DNA from: Eledone cirrhosa
Lineage: Eukaryota
Direction of reading: 5' to 3'
DNA: 64,000 nt
Assembly (NCBI GenBank): GCA_964016885.1
Contig: OZ024740.1
Coordinates: 70,680,001-70,744,000, forward strand
Both the position numbers and the translations under genes were made by a program. Of the stretch, positions 41,613 through 55,610 are shown in pieces. The first letter of the stretch is position 1. Each line of letters starts with the position of its first letter. The notes beneath the pieces were generated by a model. That model did no database searches and was not told the origin of the DNA. It saw only the letters and a program-made list of their open reading frames with translations.

Positions 41613-42562
41613 TCTATATATATAAAACTGTGGTTGTCTCTCTGTCTATCGATTTTTGGCACACATCTCCTCTTAGAATCTCTCACGGAATTGCACCGAA
41701 ATTGCTATACTTGAACATTGAGCCCTAGCGAAGACATCGGAAAAAAAAAATTTCAAATTGACCCACCCTATGTGACGAAATCGAATATAATGCATCGATT
41801 TTTGAGCGTAAGTGATCAGTTATTTCCCTTTGTTCTGTTTACATTGAGCGTCTTACGTAAAAAATTACGCTGGCTTTAACAGTTGTCGAGCCAGCAAAAT
41901 ATTGACCTGCAAAATTCATCAGTTCGAACACTAAGCTTCCGTTTTGCTTCATTTCCATTTAAAAGCATTTTAAAACAATATTTTTACTTGAAAACAAGTC
42001 TATTTAAAGACTACGTAAAACAAGCAAATATTTCGTCGTTAGGCGTGCAGACAGACAGTCGTGCAGACAGACAGTCGTGCAGAGAGGTGATATACGCGTG
42101 CAGACAGATAGTCGTGCAGAGAGGTGATATAGGCGTGCAGACAGACAGTCGTGCAGAGAGGTGATATAGGCGTGCAGACAGACAGTCGTGCAGAGAGGTG
42201 ATATAGGCGTGCAGACAGACAGTCGGGCAGAGAGGTGATATAGGCGTGCACACAGACATAACTGATAATTTGGTTACGCTAATGTTTTTCTCTGCGTTGC
42301 AGTGTTTACATTTTCGATCTTTGTTAATAAATAACCAGTGCAGTTTCTATCCCCAGCATCCTCTTTTGTTATAACATTCGGGTTATCGTTATGTTTTCTT
42401 AACTTCATAAGGCATATTGTTGGTTGAGGGAATATTAATCAAAAACACCACATGCAAGTCTGCACAGTAACACTACAGTTTTTAAGCCAAGAAAGAAACT
42501 TAACATTGTAACTTTAACACAGCTACTGAGCGACCCCGAGCAACGCCGGGCTTTACTGCTAG
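41613..42562 (+). mobile_element. Non-autonomous Helitron C
   Basis: A|TCTATATATATAAAAC start; 3' CCCGAGCAACGCCGGG hairpin, then CTAG|T. Confidence 0.8.
42041..42258 (+). repeat. 37-bp minisatellite within Helitron C
   Basis: Unit AGGCGTGCAGACAGACAGTCGTGCAGAGAGGTGATAT, about 5.5 copies. Confidence 0.92.
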
Positions 42563-43088
<526 letters not shown>

Positions 43089-43138
43089 GTTATTCCGGGT
43101 TAAATCGGAGGTAATCGGAGGAATCTCATCTATATTAA

Positions 43139-43222
<84 letters not shown>

Positions 43223-43286
43223 TGTGACAGAAGCTTACGTGACAAAAAATGATTGTATAGCTTCTCCCAACCATCAACGCAACATG

Positions 43287-43341
<55 letters not shown>

Positions 43342-43355
43342 ATATTATATATATA

Positions 43356-43392
<37 letters not shown>

Positions 43393-43401
<9 letters not shown>

Positions 43402-43607
43402 GTGAGGTTTTTTTTTACAAAATGAAAATTAACCGAGGTGTCCTACACGAGTGGAAGTATAAAGAAAAAGGGATGAAATCGAAAATGCAACTGAAGTCTT
43501 ATTTTTTTAAAAAATATATATATATTTATTTGGTTCCTTTACCGGTTTCGCAGTTCTTCTGCTTTTCAAAAGTTGAGTTGAGATGGAGGGTCTGTGGTTT
43601 TTCTCAC

Positions 43608-43608
<1 letters not shown>
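43393..43608 (-). mobile_element. Single arm of the 53698 family with U3-A8 HHR at 43537-43572
   Basis: Near-identical to the reverse complement of 53876-54088. Confidence 0.85.
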
Positions 43609-43640
<32 letters not shown>

Positions 43641-43652
43641 ATATTATATATA

Positions 43653-43690
<38 letters not shown>

Positions 43691-43895
43691 TTATATATAT
43701 ATGTATTATATATATATATATATTATATATATATATATAATATATATTATATATATATATATTATATATATAATATATATAATATATATATATAATATAT
43801 ATATATAATATATATATATATAATATATATATATATAATATATATATATATAATATATATATATATAATATATATATATAATATATATATATAAT

Positions 43896-43933
<38 letters not shown>

Positions 43934-43976
43934 GCTTGGCTCGATATTTAAAGCGCTGGTTTGAGACCTTTATTTC

Positions 43977-44011
43977 CCTCCGAAGAAGAGATATTATCTC
44001 GAAAATTAAGG
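43977..44011 (+). ncRNA. Minimal hammerhead motif with CCGAAGA core
   Basis: CCT CCGAAGA A GAGAT-ATT-ATCTC GAAA AT TA AGG. Confidence 0.55.
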
Positions 44012-44125
44012 ACATTTTAATAAATTCAAGGTAAAGGACGAATTATCAACAACATCTTTTACAATTGCATTCTTTTTTCTATGTCCATATCTGCATTGTT
44101 TTGGCTTTATTACACATATTCAAAC

Positions 44126-44165
<40 letters not shown>

Positions 44166-44182
44166 ACAATATATATAAACAA

Positions 44183-44245
<63 letters not shown>

Positions 44246-44847
44246 TCAAATCGTGAGTTCAAATGAAATGGTGCCTTCCGATTTGAACACATATAAGTAT
44301 ATATCTGTGTTTATCTCTCTTTTATATTCAATTATATTACACGGCTCGGAAAAATCTCTTTCCTTGAGTTATTTAATTGTAAGAGACTATTTTGAGTTTC
44401 TAACTCAATATATACCTTTGATATATATTTGTATTATTTTCTCCTAGATTTAATAATTAACTAATTAATTTAATTAGACAATTCTGTTGATTGGTTAATT
44501 ATTTGTGTTTGTTTAATAACATCTGGTTGAGAGCTTTTATTCGGAATGTTAGCGGAAATTATAATATTTCCTTTGTTAACACTTTGAATCTACCCGCCAA
44601 AAACCGAGAGTTGCTTCCCTTGTTGGAAATAACATGTGACAACTAAGTGTTCGCTGGCTGCCTTCTAGCAGCCGCATTTAGCTTGTCCACTCCGATTTAT
44701 GGCAGAACGGAATCCCTGTTGATGAAATGAATCCTCTGTTCGATCATGGAATACCACGAGCGTGCCTGTTACGTAAGTTGGATAATTGATTTCGGATTCA
44801 TAGAAACACTTTAAACGTATATCGTTTGATTTGTCCAGGTGTATTTG

Positions 44848-45044
44848 TTTAACCTGTTAGTTTTTTCGTTACTTTGGTATTGTGTGGTTGGGCTTTGCCT
44901 ACCGCAATGTTCAATTTGTCAAGCTATTTAAACGTATGTTATTACTCTAAGGACCTACCATTATTGAGTGCTTTGGTAACTCATTCCTATTGTAGGTCGA
45001 CTTTGCTCGCCCACAGCCAAAGCTTCGATTTTACTAAGCTTCCA

Positions 45045-45123
<79 letters not shown>

Positions 45124-45124
45124 G

Positions 45125-45157
<33 letters not shown>

Positions 45158-45555
45158 GTATATACGAGGGCAATCCCAAAAGTAAGGTCTCCTTCCGATA
45201 TGGCAACTTTTCCGTTAAAATCCTGTAGATGGAGCTTCGGGAAACCTCAGGATCCAAAATGCAGAGAGCATCCAGACTGATCCGCCGATCTTTACGCATG
45301 TTTTCCTCGGAAAGAGACCTTACTTTTGGGATTGCTCTCTATATAATAACTGCGCGAAAATCGCACTTGGCGGTAACGTTCAACGGGAGCTCCATTCTCA
45401 ACGGCTGCCAAACCAAGATTGAGCATTCCAGCGAAGCGCGCGCATGCTTGTTTGGGAGTGAAGGAAGCACCAATCACAACAGTGTTGCCAACAGCCGTAC
45501 GAACAGTTTCTCTGCTTCCCCATCGCTTTGGGGACCTTACTTTGGGGATTATATA

Positions 45556-45607
<52 letters not shown>

Positions 45608-45810
45608 AGTGGAAGGTTAGTAAAATCAAAGCTTTGGCTGTGGCCAAGCAAAGTCGACCTACAATAAGGAATGAGTAGCAAAGCACTCAATAAGGCAATT
45701 AGAGTAATAAGATTACGTTTAAATAGCTTGACAAATTGAAAATTGCGGTAGGCAAAACCCAAACATACTGTACCAAAACAACGAAAGAACTAATCAGGTT
45801 AAAACAACAA
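44848..45810. repeat. Diverged inverted repeat (about 200-bp arms) enclosing (TA)n and a mariner remnant
   Basis: 44848-45047 vs 45607-45808; terminus also seen at 32635-32670. Confidence 0.8.
45165..45550 (-). mobile_element. Tc1/mariner deletion derivative with three TIR copies
   Basis: TA|CGAGGGCAATCCCAAAAGTAAGGTCTC TIR; inverse copies at 45314-45339 and 45532-45550; transposase remnants [26 protein letters not shown] and MELPLNVTAKCDFRAVI. Confidence 0.85.
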
Positions 45811-45851
45811 TATAAGCCGCTCAGTTGCGTATGGCCTTGTGGCTTATATAT

Positions 45852-45959
<108 letters not shown>

Positions 45960-46319
45960 TGTTGTGTGTGTATGTGTGTGTACGTGTGCGCACATTTATA
46001 CATATGCATATTGCATCTTTTGATTTTTATTGTAATTTTAATGTTGGTAAAGGTATATTATATTATATTATATTATATTACATTGTATTATATATAATTC
46101 CTGCTCTATATAACCACCTTTGTTTAGCTCTAGGTTTTTTTTTGCTTTGGACTATATTTGTAATATGGTTCTTAATGTTATATACATCCTTAGTAATTTT
46201 TATTATATATTTTTATTATTTTTATTATATATTTTTGCAATACTTTAGTGTATGTACACTCCATATTCTTCGGAGCTTCCGGCTTGTATCTGCCGATATT
46301 ACTTCTTGTTGTTTTAATT

Positions 46320-46357
46320 GCCCTGATGAATCCTTAATAGGACGAAACATTGTCGGC
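46320..46357 (+). ncRNA. Minimal type I hammerhead ribozyme (family of 61579)
   Basis: GCC CTGATGA ATCC-TTAATA-GGAC GAAAC ATT GTC GGC then TAATAAA. Confidence 0.85.
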
Positions 46358-46402
46358 TAATAAAGACTTTTGATGTATTGAAGGCTTCTTTGTTTTACTC
46401 TC

Positions 46403-46448
<46 letters not shown>

Positions 46449-46643
46449 CCACAATGCCATACGCAACTGAGCGGCTTATATACCCTATCACGTATATGAG
46501 TACCACTGAAATGGGCGTGCTAATTCACGTATTATCAGCGCTCCTGTTGGTAGTTAATTTTCATGTATATTTATTTAGTCGTGCGCTAGGCAGCAGAAAT
46601 TTATGATAAATTTATATATGTGGTTGTTTCGGTAATATTTATA

Positions 46644-46687
46644 TCTTCTGATGAGAAACTTAAAAGTTTTCGAAAATATATTCAAGA
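46644..46687 (+). ncRNA. Minimal type I hammerhead ribozyme
   Basis: TCTT CTGATGA GAAACT-TAAA-AGTTTTC GAAA ATATAT TC AAGA. Confidence 0.8.
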
Positions 46688-49600
46688 AATTTTTCACTTT
46701 TTTCATTTGACTGTGAAATACTTGCAATTTTAATTTACATGTCTATATACACAATGTTTTCGCAGTATCAGTTATCTCTGTACAGTATATATACAGATAT
46801 GAATTTATCGTATATATACGATCTACAATTACATAACAGCTATCTTGAAAATACTATAACAGCTATTGCATAATCATAACTATAATAAAGGGAGGAGTTC
46901 GGGACTGCATCCCGAATATATTTGTTTATCCCGTTAACAAAATAAGTTAGATTACTTTGAATAAATAATGAATGAATATTACATAATTTATATACTAAAT
47001 TTCGTAGATGTTGATTAAACATAATTATTCTTATATATAATGATTGCTTATTTTAAGATTCACTTCTTTTAAAATTTTCAAATGTCTACACTTCCGGTTA
47101 GCGTTCGTTATATCATAACACTTTTTACATCCCTTATATACACATCCATATATTTGCTTCGTTATATAAGGTTTCATTACATTTCACCGTAATGCAGTTT
47201 ATATCGTCTTTTTTAAATGTATCATGGATTACTTTACTTACAGAAGATAGTGTAAAACAGTCTCTCTTCAATTTCTGTGCAGATTGTCAATTACGATTGT
47301 ATTTGACGTATCATATCTACATGCATTTATATTTGCATATAATATCAATATGCACACTACACATGCTAGCAGAAAACCACCCAAAGTAGATATAATGTGG
47401 TGAAGTGAAACCACATTTGCCTTCGACTTCATCTAAAAACAATGTTTAATGTGTTATTAGTTTCAGGGGATGCACCGTATTGAATGGTTAAGAACTTTTC
47501 ACAATCATGGATTTTTCTATTCGATCTTAATGCGTGACTGCTTCAGTAAGTACCTTTATCGTAACCTGGCGTGGACCCGAACTTTGTGAGGGATAGATAT
47601 TGGGTAGAGGGAAACTGTTTGGGAGCTGAATTGTACTTGCAATTCAAACATTCAATCTCGTCAAATATTGTGTCAAGCTGATTCGGATTGAGAATCACGT
47701 TAAGGGCACACGTTTGTAGATTACTAAATCACTTACATAATAATTTCATGAATACCCATCCGTTGATCGAAAAACTGCAAAAATTATTGTTAAAATCGAT
47801 GAAAATCCAGATACTTAACTTAATGTTCATAGTTTAAATTTTGCACTTTATCCTTCCATAGTCCTGAATTTAACGAGTCAGGCGCTTATTTAGTCAAACA
47901 ACTGAATGCTCCTCATCGAATCCGACAGAGAATCCATATTCTTCATGCAAAAGGCACTCCCATGAGATTTTTAAAGTCGTCTTTATATAGTTTTGAAGAA
48001 ATATTTCTCCACCAATTTTAATTTTCTAGCATCCTTTTTAATCTTCAAAAATTTATTGTTAAAATCATTATCTTAATTCCTCATGAAACGATGGACCTCC
48101 ATCAATAATACCGATAAGAGTTCCAGCTCACCCTGGTCATGAAATTAACGTAAAAGAGGCTGAACATTCTACAGACATGTGTATCCTAAATGTAATTCTC
48201 AGGGAGAGTCTGCGTGACACAATGCATGACAAGGTTGATCTTTTGAATTACAGACACAGTTAATTCGACGGGCTTCAAAACAGTTTCCGTCTACCCAATT
48301 TCTCTTAAAATGCATGAGTCAACCCTCAGCTATGATAAATGATACTCGCTCAAGATGCCATGGAGTGGGATTGCCCCCGGAACCCAATGATTGCGTCAAC
48401 AGAACAAGCATAATGAGAAGAATAAAGAAAATGGGATGATGAAGTATATTTAATATAATTTAATGATGATAATGATGGTGTTGATAGTGGTGGTGGTGGT
48501 GGTGGTCGTCGTGGTCGTCGTCGTCGTCGTCGTCGTCGTGGTAGAATGATGACAGTTGAACAGGTCTGCACTGAAACATTATAAATGATTACCTGTCAAG
48601 TGAAGCCCATTTGAGAGTCTTCATGTGACCGCTCGACCTACTAGAAATAGAAACCAGATCTCCTTCAAAACACACCCTACTATATTTATAAAATGATATA
48701 TAGGGCAATATATAAAACAGAATATAGGTTGTCTGGCATAAAGTGTTCTGGAAGAAACGACAATATTGTAGCTAACGGTCTGTTATTTATCTGTCTGCTA
48801 TCAAAGTTGACCTAGGGTTAAACAACAACAACTATTGATTGGTGATATTCAATACTAAATATATACAGAAATATGTTGCACACCCAGAAGCATTCATTTA
48901 AGTTGTATTTATATCCCAGAAGGTTTTCGGATACTACTTTATGTAATAACGAATCAATGACCCCGCATTGCATTTATATGAACTAAACTTTCAGTGAGAG
49001 TCATTTTTTCGCCTGTTTTTCCATATTTGCATGGGTTAAACAAATGCTGGATCTTATCCTGGTTTCATGAGGTAACAAGCAAAGATAAATAGAATGCCAC
49101 CCATTCATTTGAATGGGATGCCATTCCGTTATAGAACTAACCCCACAACTCTGTTGTTGCTAATAATTTTCAGCTGAATGAAGTGTTTAGCGCTAGGATA
49201 TAACACGTTACCCCATCTGAGAATCAAACCCACGACAAGTCCTACATCGAAACTACATAACCAGCAAAAAGTAAAACCAAAAATAAAACAAACAAATATT
49301 ATTTCAGAATACTGAAATTCTCAGAGCTTTGAACCAGAAAGAACATCTCTTAATATATTTCCTAACTAAAAATTACCTCATAAATAAAATGGAGAGAGAG
49401 AGAAAATCGGATAATTTGTCTGAATCTTAAAACCTTTTCAACCTTCGATGATTTGTTTCAGCCATTCCTCAAGAAGAATACGCCCATCTCAAGAAGGAAG
49501 TAGGCTAATCATTTTCACCGCTTTATCAAGTACTACTAAGTTTCCATTACCGATAGTAGTAATACAGCAGTCTTGAATAGTCTATGCTTGAGACAAAAAT

Positions 49601-49790
49601 GGAGAATGAAGTAAATGTCGATGTATCAATATAACTAAGCATTTGGGCCAGTTTTCCATTTTCTACTCTATTAATGAATACAGTATATAACAGTACGGTG
49701 CCATACCTCGAGAAAGTGTCTTTTACTTGTGGCAGCCTCTTGTTGATGAATGCTTGTTGAATGGAACTTAGATGAAAGAAGTTTGATACG

Positions 49791-49854
<64 letters not shown>

Positions 49855-49889
49855 GAGAGAGAGAGGGAGAGGCAGAACATATATATATA

Positions 49890-50042
<153 letters not shown>

Positions 50043-50065
50043 GGTAACACAACAGTTAGTTCACC

Positions 50066-50272
50066 AAAAGTGAAATAATATTGTATTAATGCGGTAAATA
50101 TTTTTTTAAAGATATATATATATATATCTGAAAGCATGCGTAGACATTTACCTATACTTTTACGTTATAAAGATTGAAAAAATAAGCACTGCAATTTTAT
50201 CTCATGAAAACTCTTGGTCTTATTGAATTTTGAATTATATGTATATGTATATATATATATGTGTATATAAAT

Positions 50273-50303
<31 letters not shown>

Positions 50304-50473
50304 ATTCGAAATTCAATAAGACCAAGAGTTTTCATGAGATAAAATTGCAGTGCTTATTTTTTCAATCTTTATAACGTAAAAGTATAGGTAAATGTCTACG
50401 CATGCTTTCAGATATATATATATATATCTTTAAAAAAATATTTACCGCATTAATACAATATTATTTCACTTTT
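50066..50473. repeat. Near-perfect inverted repeat (arms about 190 bp) centred on a TA-rich spacer
   Basis: 50066-50258 vs about 50278-50473. Confidence 0.92.
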
Positions 50474-50950
50474 CGTATGAGCTTCTAACTAACGAACTGT
50501 ACTCTAAACATTTTTACATCTTTCAGATGCTCTCGTTGCAACATGATAATATATAGGTAAACATTTTCGTAAACACATCAAAATATGATTATATAGCAAG
50601 CTTTGCTAAAATACCTTCTATTTAATTGTTATACGCAGAGTATGTGATATGTTCATTAGTTCCCATGCAAAACACGTAGTGTTTTTATGCTTTATAGATC
50701 ATATGTATAAAACACCCGAAAGAAAGTAAGGTGCTTATTGTTAATGGAGTTAGATTGTGGATGAATAAATGAATGTTCTTTCTTTTTTCATTATATATCA
50801 ATATTTCAGCGTATGGAAAATATATTATATGGAAAAGTATCAATATTAGTCAGTTGGAAATTACCGAATAAATAGCGATGTGACGGAATGCAAGAATTAA
50901 ATAATTCCAAATGTTTCTTCAGAATAATTTAAAAAAATCTGTAATAAGAA

Positions 50951-51230
50951 GGCGCTTGTCCTAGTGGTAAGGGTGTTTGACTTACGATCATAATGCCGTG
51001 GGTTCGATTCTTGAACCAGGTCGTGTATTGTGTTCTTGCGCAAAACACTTCAATTCACGTTGCTCAAGTATATTCAGCTGAAAATGAGTACCAGCAATAT
51101 TTGGGGGTTTAACCTTGCAATGGACTGGGGTCCTGGCCAGGGAGTAGAGGTGTCTTTTACTCTCAGCTACTTAACGCCACGGAAACCGGTATAAGCCTTC
51201 GGGCTCGAGACAGGCATTAGACCATTTTTT
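50951..51230 (+). mobile_element. tRNA-derived SINE (related to 52116)
   Basis: GGCGCTTGTCCTAGTGGTAAGG head, GGTTCGATTC B box, CAGCTGAAAATGAGTACCAG core. Confidence 0.8.
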
Positions 51231-51320
51231 TAGAACTCCTTAACCACGGTCATTCCTGCATCTATTGAGTACTTTTCACTTCGTTTGTAAAGGCCAACGT
51301 TCACCATTTTATACACGTAT

Positions 51321-51475
51321 AATGAGGGTGGACAATATTATGTTAATGAGGTAGTACAATATTATGTTAATGAGGTAGGACAATATTATGTTAATGAGGT
51401 TGGACAATATTATGTTAATGAGGTATTATAATGTTATGTTAATGAGGTAGGACAATATTATGTTAATGAGGTAAG
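51321..51475 (+). repeat. 24-bp minisatellite
   Basis: Unit AATGAGGTAGGACAATATTATGTT, about 6.4 copies. Confidence 0.92.
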
Positions 51476-51723
51476 ATAATTTTACAATACGCAATGTTAA
51501 TGACTAAAACTTCTGGAAGAAAAAGAATATCATTCACATCAAGAAACAGTGGTCAACGTGAGGTTAAATGTAAAAGATCCTCTTGCAGTTGTGAAGTGTT
51601 GGCATTGTTTCCAGTTGTATTTGGTGGCACTTGACTTAACGAAGATTATGACATGAGCTATTAACAAGAGGCTGATGGAGATGGGTGAGTTAATACACTG
51701 TTGGACTAGTTGATATTACAGTA

Positions 51724-52038
<315 letters not shown>

Positions 52039-52070
52039 AATATGGGTGAGAAGAATACTGCTGGTTGCAC

Positions 52071-52108
<38 letters not shown>

Positions 52109-52115
52109 TTGTGGA

Positions 52116-52335
52116 GGCGCGTGGCTGAGTGGTTAGAGAATTGGATTCACAATCGGGAGGTCGTGAGTTCGATTCCCGAACCGGCCGATGCGTTATGTCC
52201 TTGAGCAAGACTCTTTATTTTCACGCTGCTCCTTCTACCTGGAGTTGCGACCGATAGATAGTATTAGCAATTGGAAAGACCAATGGAGACATTGTTTCCT
52301 CGGTCCGATTTGACGAAAGTCGATCGACTGTCGAT
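52116..52335 (+). mobile_element. tRNA-derived SINE (copies or fragments at 20100, 54310 and 55705)
   Basis: GGCGCGTGGCTGAGTGGTTAGAG A box, GTTCGATTCC B box, TGTCCTTGAGCAAGAC. Confidence 0.85.
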
Positions 52336-52607
52336 ATATATATAACGAAGGAAGTGTGGTAAGGAACCAGGTGGACCATAACGCACCAGAGTACTCGATA
52401 CTTTGGGTAGTAGAGTGGGTAATAGGAAACGGTTCAGGAACCCGACTTTTCCTATATATATATATACTGCGTGTGTGTGTGTCTTTCTGTGTAAGTGTAT
52501 ATAAATTATATATATATATATATATATATAAGTGTATATAAATTATATATATATATATATATATATAAGTGTATATAAATTATATATATATATATATATA
52601 TAATTTT

Positions 52608-52741
52608 ATCCCGGGTTCAATCGGGGAGTAACCACAGTAAGTAAGGTACTCAATACATAGCAGAGTATGAATATTTAATATAAAAATAGCTTTACTGATG
52701 ATTTATCCCGAATGAAACAGTTCTAGTCCTGTAAAGCCATT

Positions 52742-52742
<1 letters not shown>
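52608..52742. mobile_element. Short fold-back with HHR remnant (family also at 38060-38095 and 39718-39835)
   Basis: CTGATGA TTTATCCCGAAT GAAAC AGTTCTA GTC CTG at about 52695-52731; the reverse complement matches 39800-39833. Confidence 0.65.
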
Positions 52743-52803
<61 letters not shown>

Positions 52804-53080
52804 TTTGTGGATGATGTTTGTTCTTGAAAAAACAATATTTCGCGGACATTTCGAGCCAGCCTGATTGACGCGTGACCTCAGCGCTGACATTTCCACCTGA
52901 CAGGATGGTAGTAGTACATTAAAAGCTTGCGCCCCCACACCAGATGGTAATATGTGGACCTAATAATCAACCCTTGAGAGTGGCCGGCGGAGCTAGAAGC
53001 TTCTAAATGCCGGCCGCCCTCCTGTCTGATTTAAACACCATGGATTTTTATCTGTTATATTCCTTCGTTATATTTTGTAT

Positions 53081-53136
53081 TACCTGATGATGTCACCGGA
53101 TTCATACTGAACCCGGTCATTGAAATGATCATAGTA
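53081..53136 (+). ncRNA. Type I hammerhead ribozyme
   Basis: TAC CTGATGA TGTCACCGGATTCA-TAC-TGAACCCGGTCATT GAAA TGATCA TA GTA then TAATAAA. Confidence 0.78.
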
Positions 53137-53184
53137 TAATAAACCTTTCAAGGATTTACACCAGTACATGCCTCCTGTTATTTT

Positions 53185-53524
53185 GTAACATGTAAATAAA
53201 CAAATAAATAAACAAATAAAAACACACACGGACACCCGGATGTAACACATGCGCAAAATAAGCACACAACACACACAAAAACAAGATGGCGTAGGACAGA
53301 ACAAAGGAGAGGCACAAAACAAAGAAAAGAATCCCCGGTCACTAATGAGGTCACAGAATGTGTGACGAAAGAACTTTGACAATATATGAACAACCGTCCG
53401 GTTGTGGAACCAACCAACCAACCGGAAATTTATAAAAAAAAAATTTTAATTTATAATAAATTGGAGTGAAAGCAACTGGTGCGTGTCTTTCTTATTGGGA
53501 ACATGACCCTCCCAAAGTATAACA
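53185..53524 (+). mobile_element. Diverged solo pLTR of the PLE 3 family
   Basis: Reverse complement of 34916-35264; HHR core mutated to CTAATGA. Confidence 0.88.
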
Positions 53525-53618
53525 GTAGAATGAACCCTTCATTCTTGCTCTTGTGTTGGCATGCGAACAGAACTGCAGACACTAATGTTTCTGGGTATCA
53601 CCTTTCATCAGTACACAG

Positions 53619-53697
<79 letters not shown>

Positions 53698-53702
<5 letters not shown>

Positions 53703-54080
53703 AAAAAAAGTTAAAATCGAAAATGCAACTGGAGTCTTATTTTTTTTTTAAATATATATATTTATTTGGTTCCTTTACCGGTTTCGCAGTTCTTCTGCTT
53801 TTCAAAAGTAGAGTTGAGATGGAGGGTCTGTGGTTTTTCTCACAGATGTGAGAACATTAATTTTTCTCACAGATGTGAGAAAAACCACAGACCCTCCATC
53901 TCAACTCTACTTTTGAAAAGCAGAAGAACTGCGAAACCGGTAAAGGAACAAAATAAATATATATATATATTTTTTTTTAAATAAGACTCCAGTTGCATTT
54001 TCGATTTTATCTTATTTTCTTTATACTTTCACTTGTGTAGGACACCTGGGTTATTTTTCATTTTGTAAAAAAAACCTCAC

Positions 54081-54088
<8 letters not shown>
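53698..54088. mobile_element. Fold-back with a U3-A8 HHR in each arm
   Basis: 53698-53844 vs 53876-54024; HHR at 53773-53808 (-) and 53910-53945 (+). Confidence 0.88.
53910..53945 (+). ncRNA. Minimal hammerhead ribozyme, U3-A8 core
   Basis: CTT TTGAAAA GCAG-AAGAA-CTGC GAAAC CG GTA AAG. Confidence 0.72.
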
Positions 54089-54164
<76 letters not shown>

Positions 54165-55425
54165 GGGTGTCTCCGAGAGTGGTAGAAAGGAGACCGGAAG
54201 GCGGTATTCTCAGACAGGAGACCTCGCCCAAATCCTTGCAACAGTGGACTTCATTGGAGGATTTCATTGGAGTGTTCTTCCTTGCTTATTGTTTTGTTTT
54301 GTGAAGATGCGCCCCTTAATAGTTAGAGCGTTGAGGTCACGATCGTAAGGTCGTGAGATCGATTCCCAACGTTGTGTCCTTTAGCAAAACACGATTTCTC
54401 GTTGATCCAGTTCATTTATCCTACAAAAATGAGTTGTACAAGTAATTCAAAAGACCTGATTTGTTGCGCACTGTGGCACGTGGAGTCTTCCTGAAAGGAG
54501 AGGGCATATCTGTGTGTGTGAAGGGAATATCTGTGTGTGGAATGCATTTACACATTAATTTCACGAACAGGCAGTTACGTTGATCAAGTAACTGCAATTC
54601 TCGTCCTTGGGGCCAACGGGGGCCCAACGCCCATATATGCTCGTGTGTATGTATTTAGTATCAAAATGAATCCTTTATAGTATATTATTAGAGTATATAC
54701 ACTGAACTCCTGCTGCCACTATTGAAGTGTGGATAGCTTCTTTGAAGTAAATTGTTGTGTTGAGTGTTCTAATAACAAGGGGGCATTTTAGATAGCGTTA
54801 ACAGAATGTAACCGGGAGGAAACTAATAATTATAAAGAAACTAATTGCTTCTCCCATCATAATCTTCCCTTTCCTCTTCCACCTCCATCACCACACTTCC
54901 TCACTCTATCCTCTTTAATCTGTCTATGAATCTAAAAGCCACAGGAGAAAAAGTCACGTTTCCTTTAAATACCATAAAAGGTAATTTATTTAAAACAGTG
55001 GAAACTTCTATCTATAAAACACTGAAAACATTTAAAATTTGGTTTAAACTTTAACTTCTAGCTAAACGAGTGGTTATTTTTCTGTGATTTTTTTCTCCTG
55101 CGATTTTATTCCCGTTTATCCTGTCTATATCGTGTCGACAATATTTCCTTGTTGTATATGTAGAAAGGACCTATATTTTAGATGAGTAGAAATGGAAGTT
55201 TTGATGTTCACGTCTTTTCTAATTCTACTATCTGCGTCAGTGAAGTGAAGTGAATTAGCATTGTTCTTTTTGTCAGAAATGACTTAACCAATACTTTTTT
55301 TTCAATTATATAAGACTATTCAAAATCATGGACGAAAAGCAAATACAAGAATCTCATTGACTGATGTTCAAATTGACTGACCGTATGTTATTCATTATTA
55401 GTAGTCCATAAGTAAGTTAAATAAT

Positions 55426-55610
55426 TGTTTCTACTTTAGGCACAAGGCCAGCAATTATCCAGTGCATTACTGGTACTTTATTTTATCGACCCCGTAAGGA
55501 TGAAAGGCAAAGTCAACCTCGGCGGGATTTGAACTCAGATCGTAAAGGGACGTAACTATGCTGGAAAGCATGGCGTCCGACCCTCTACCGATACTGCCAA
55601 TCCACCGCCC
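55426..55610 (-). mobile_element. Full-length SINE with 17-bp TSD
   Basis: TSD TAAGTAAGTTAAATAAT at 55409-55425 and 55611-55627; A and B boxes. Confidence 0.93.

Noticed and set aside
44952-44998. GACCTAC..TGAGT..ACTCA..GTAGGTC nested hairpin as a ribozyme
   Set aside because: Structured, but lacks the hammerhead core on either strand; cannot be assigned
50527-50556. Possible 30-nt micro-exon (TTTCAG..GTAAAC)
   Set aside because: Weak donor site and no supporting context
52116-52190. tRNA-like sequences (also 50951 and 55705)
   Set aside because: They continue into shared SINE bodies and have no clean cloverleaf; they are SINE heads, not tRNA genes
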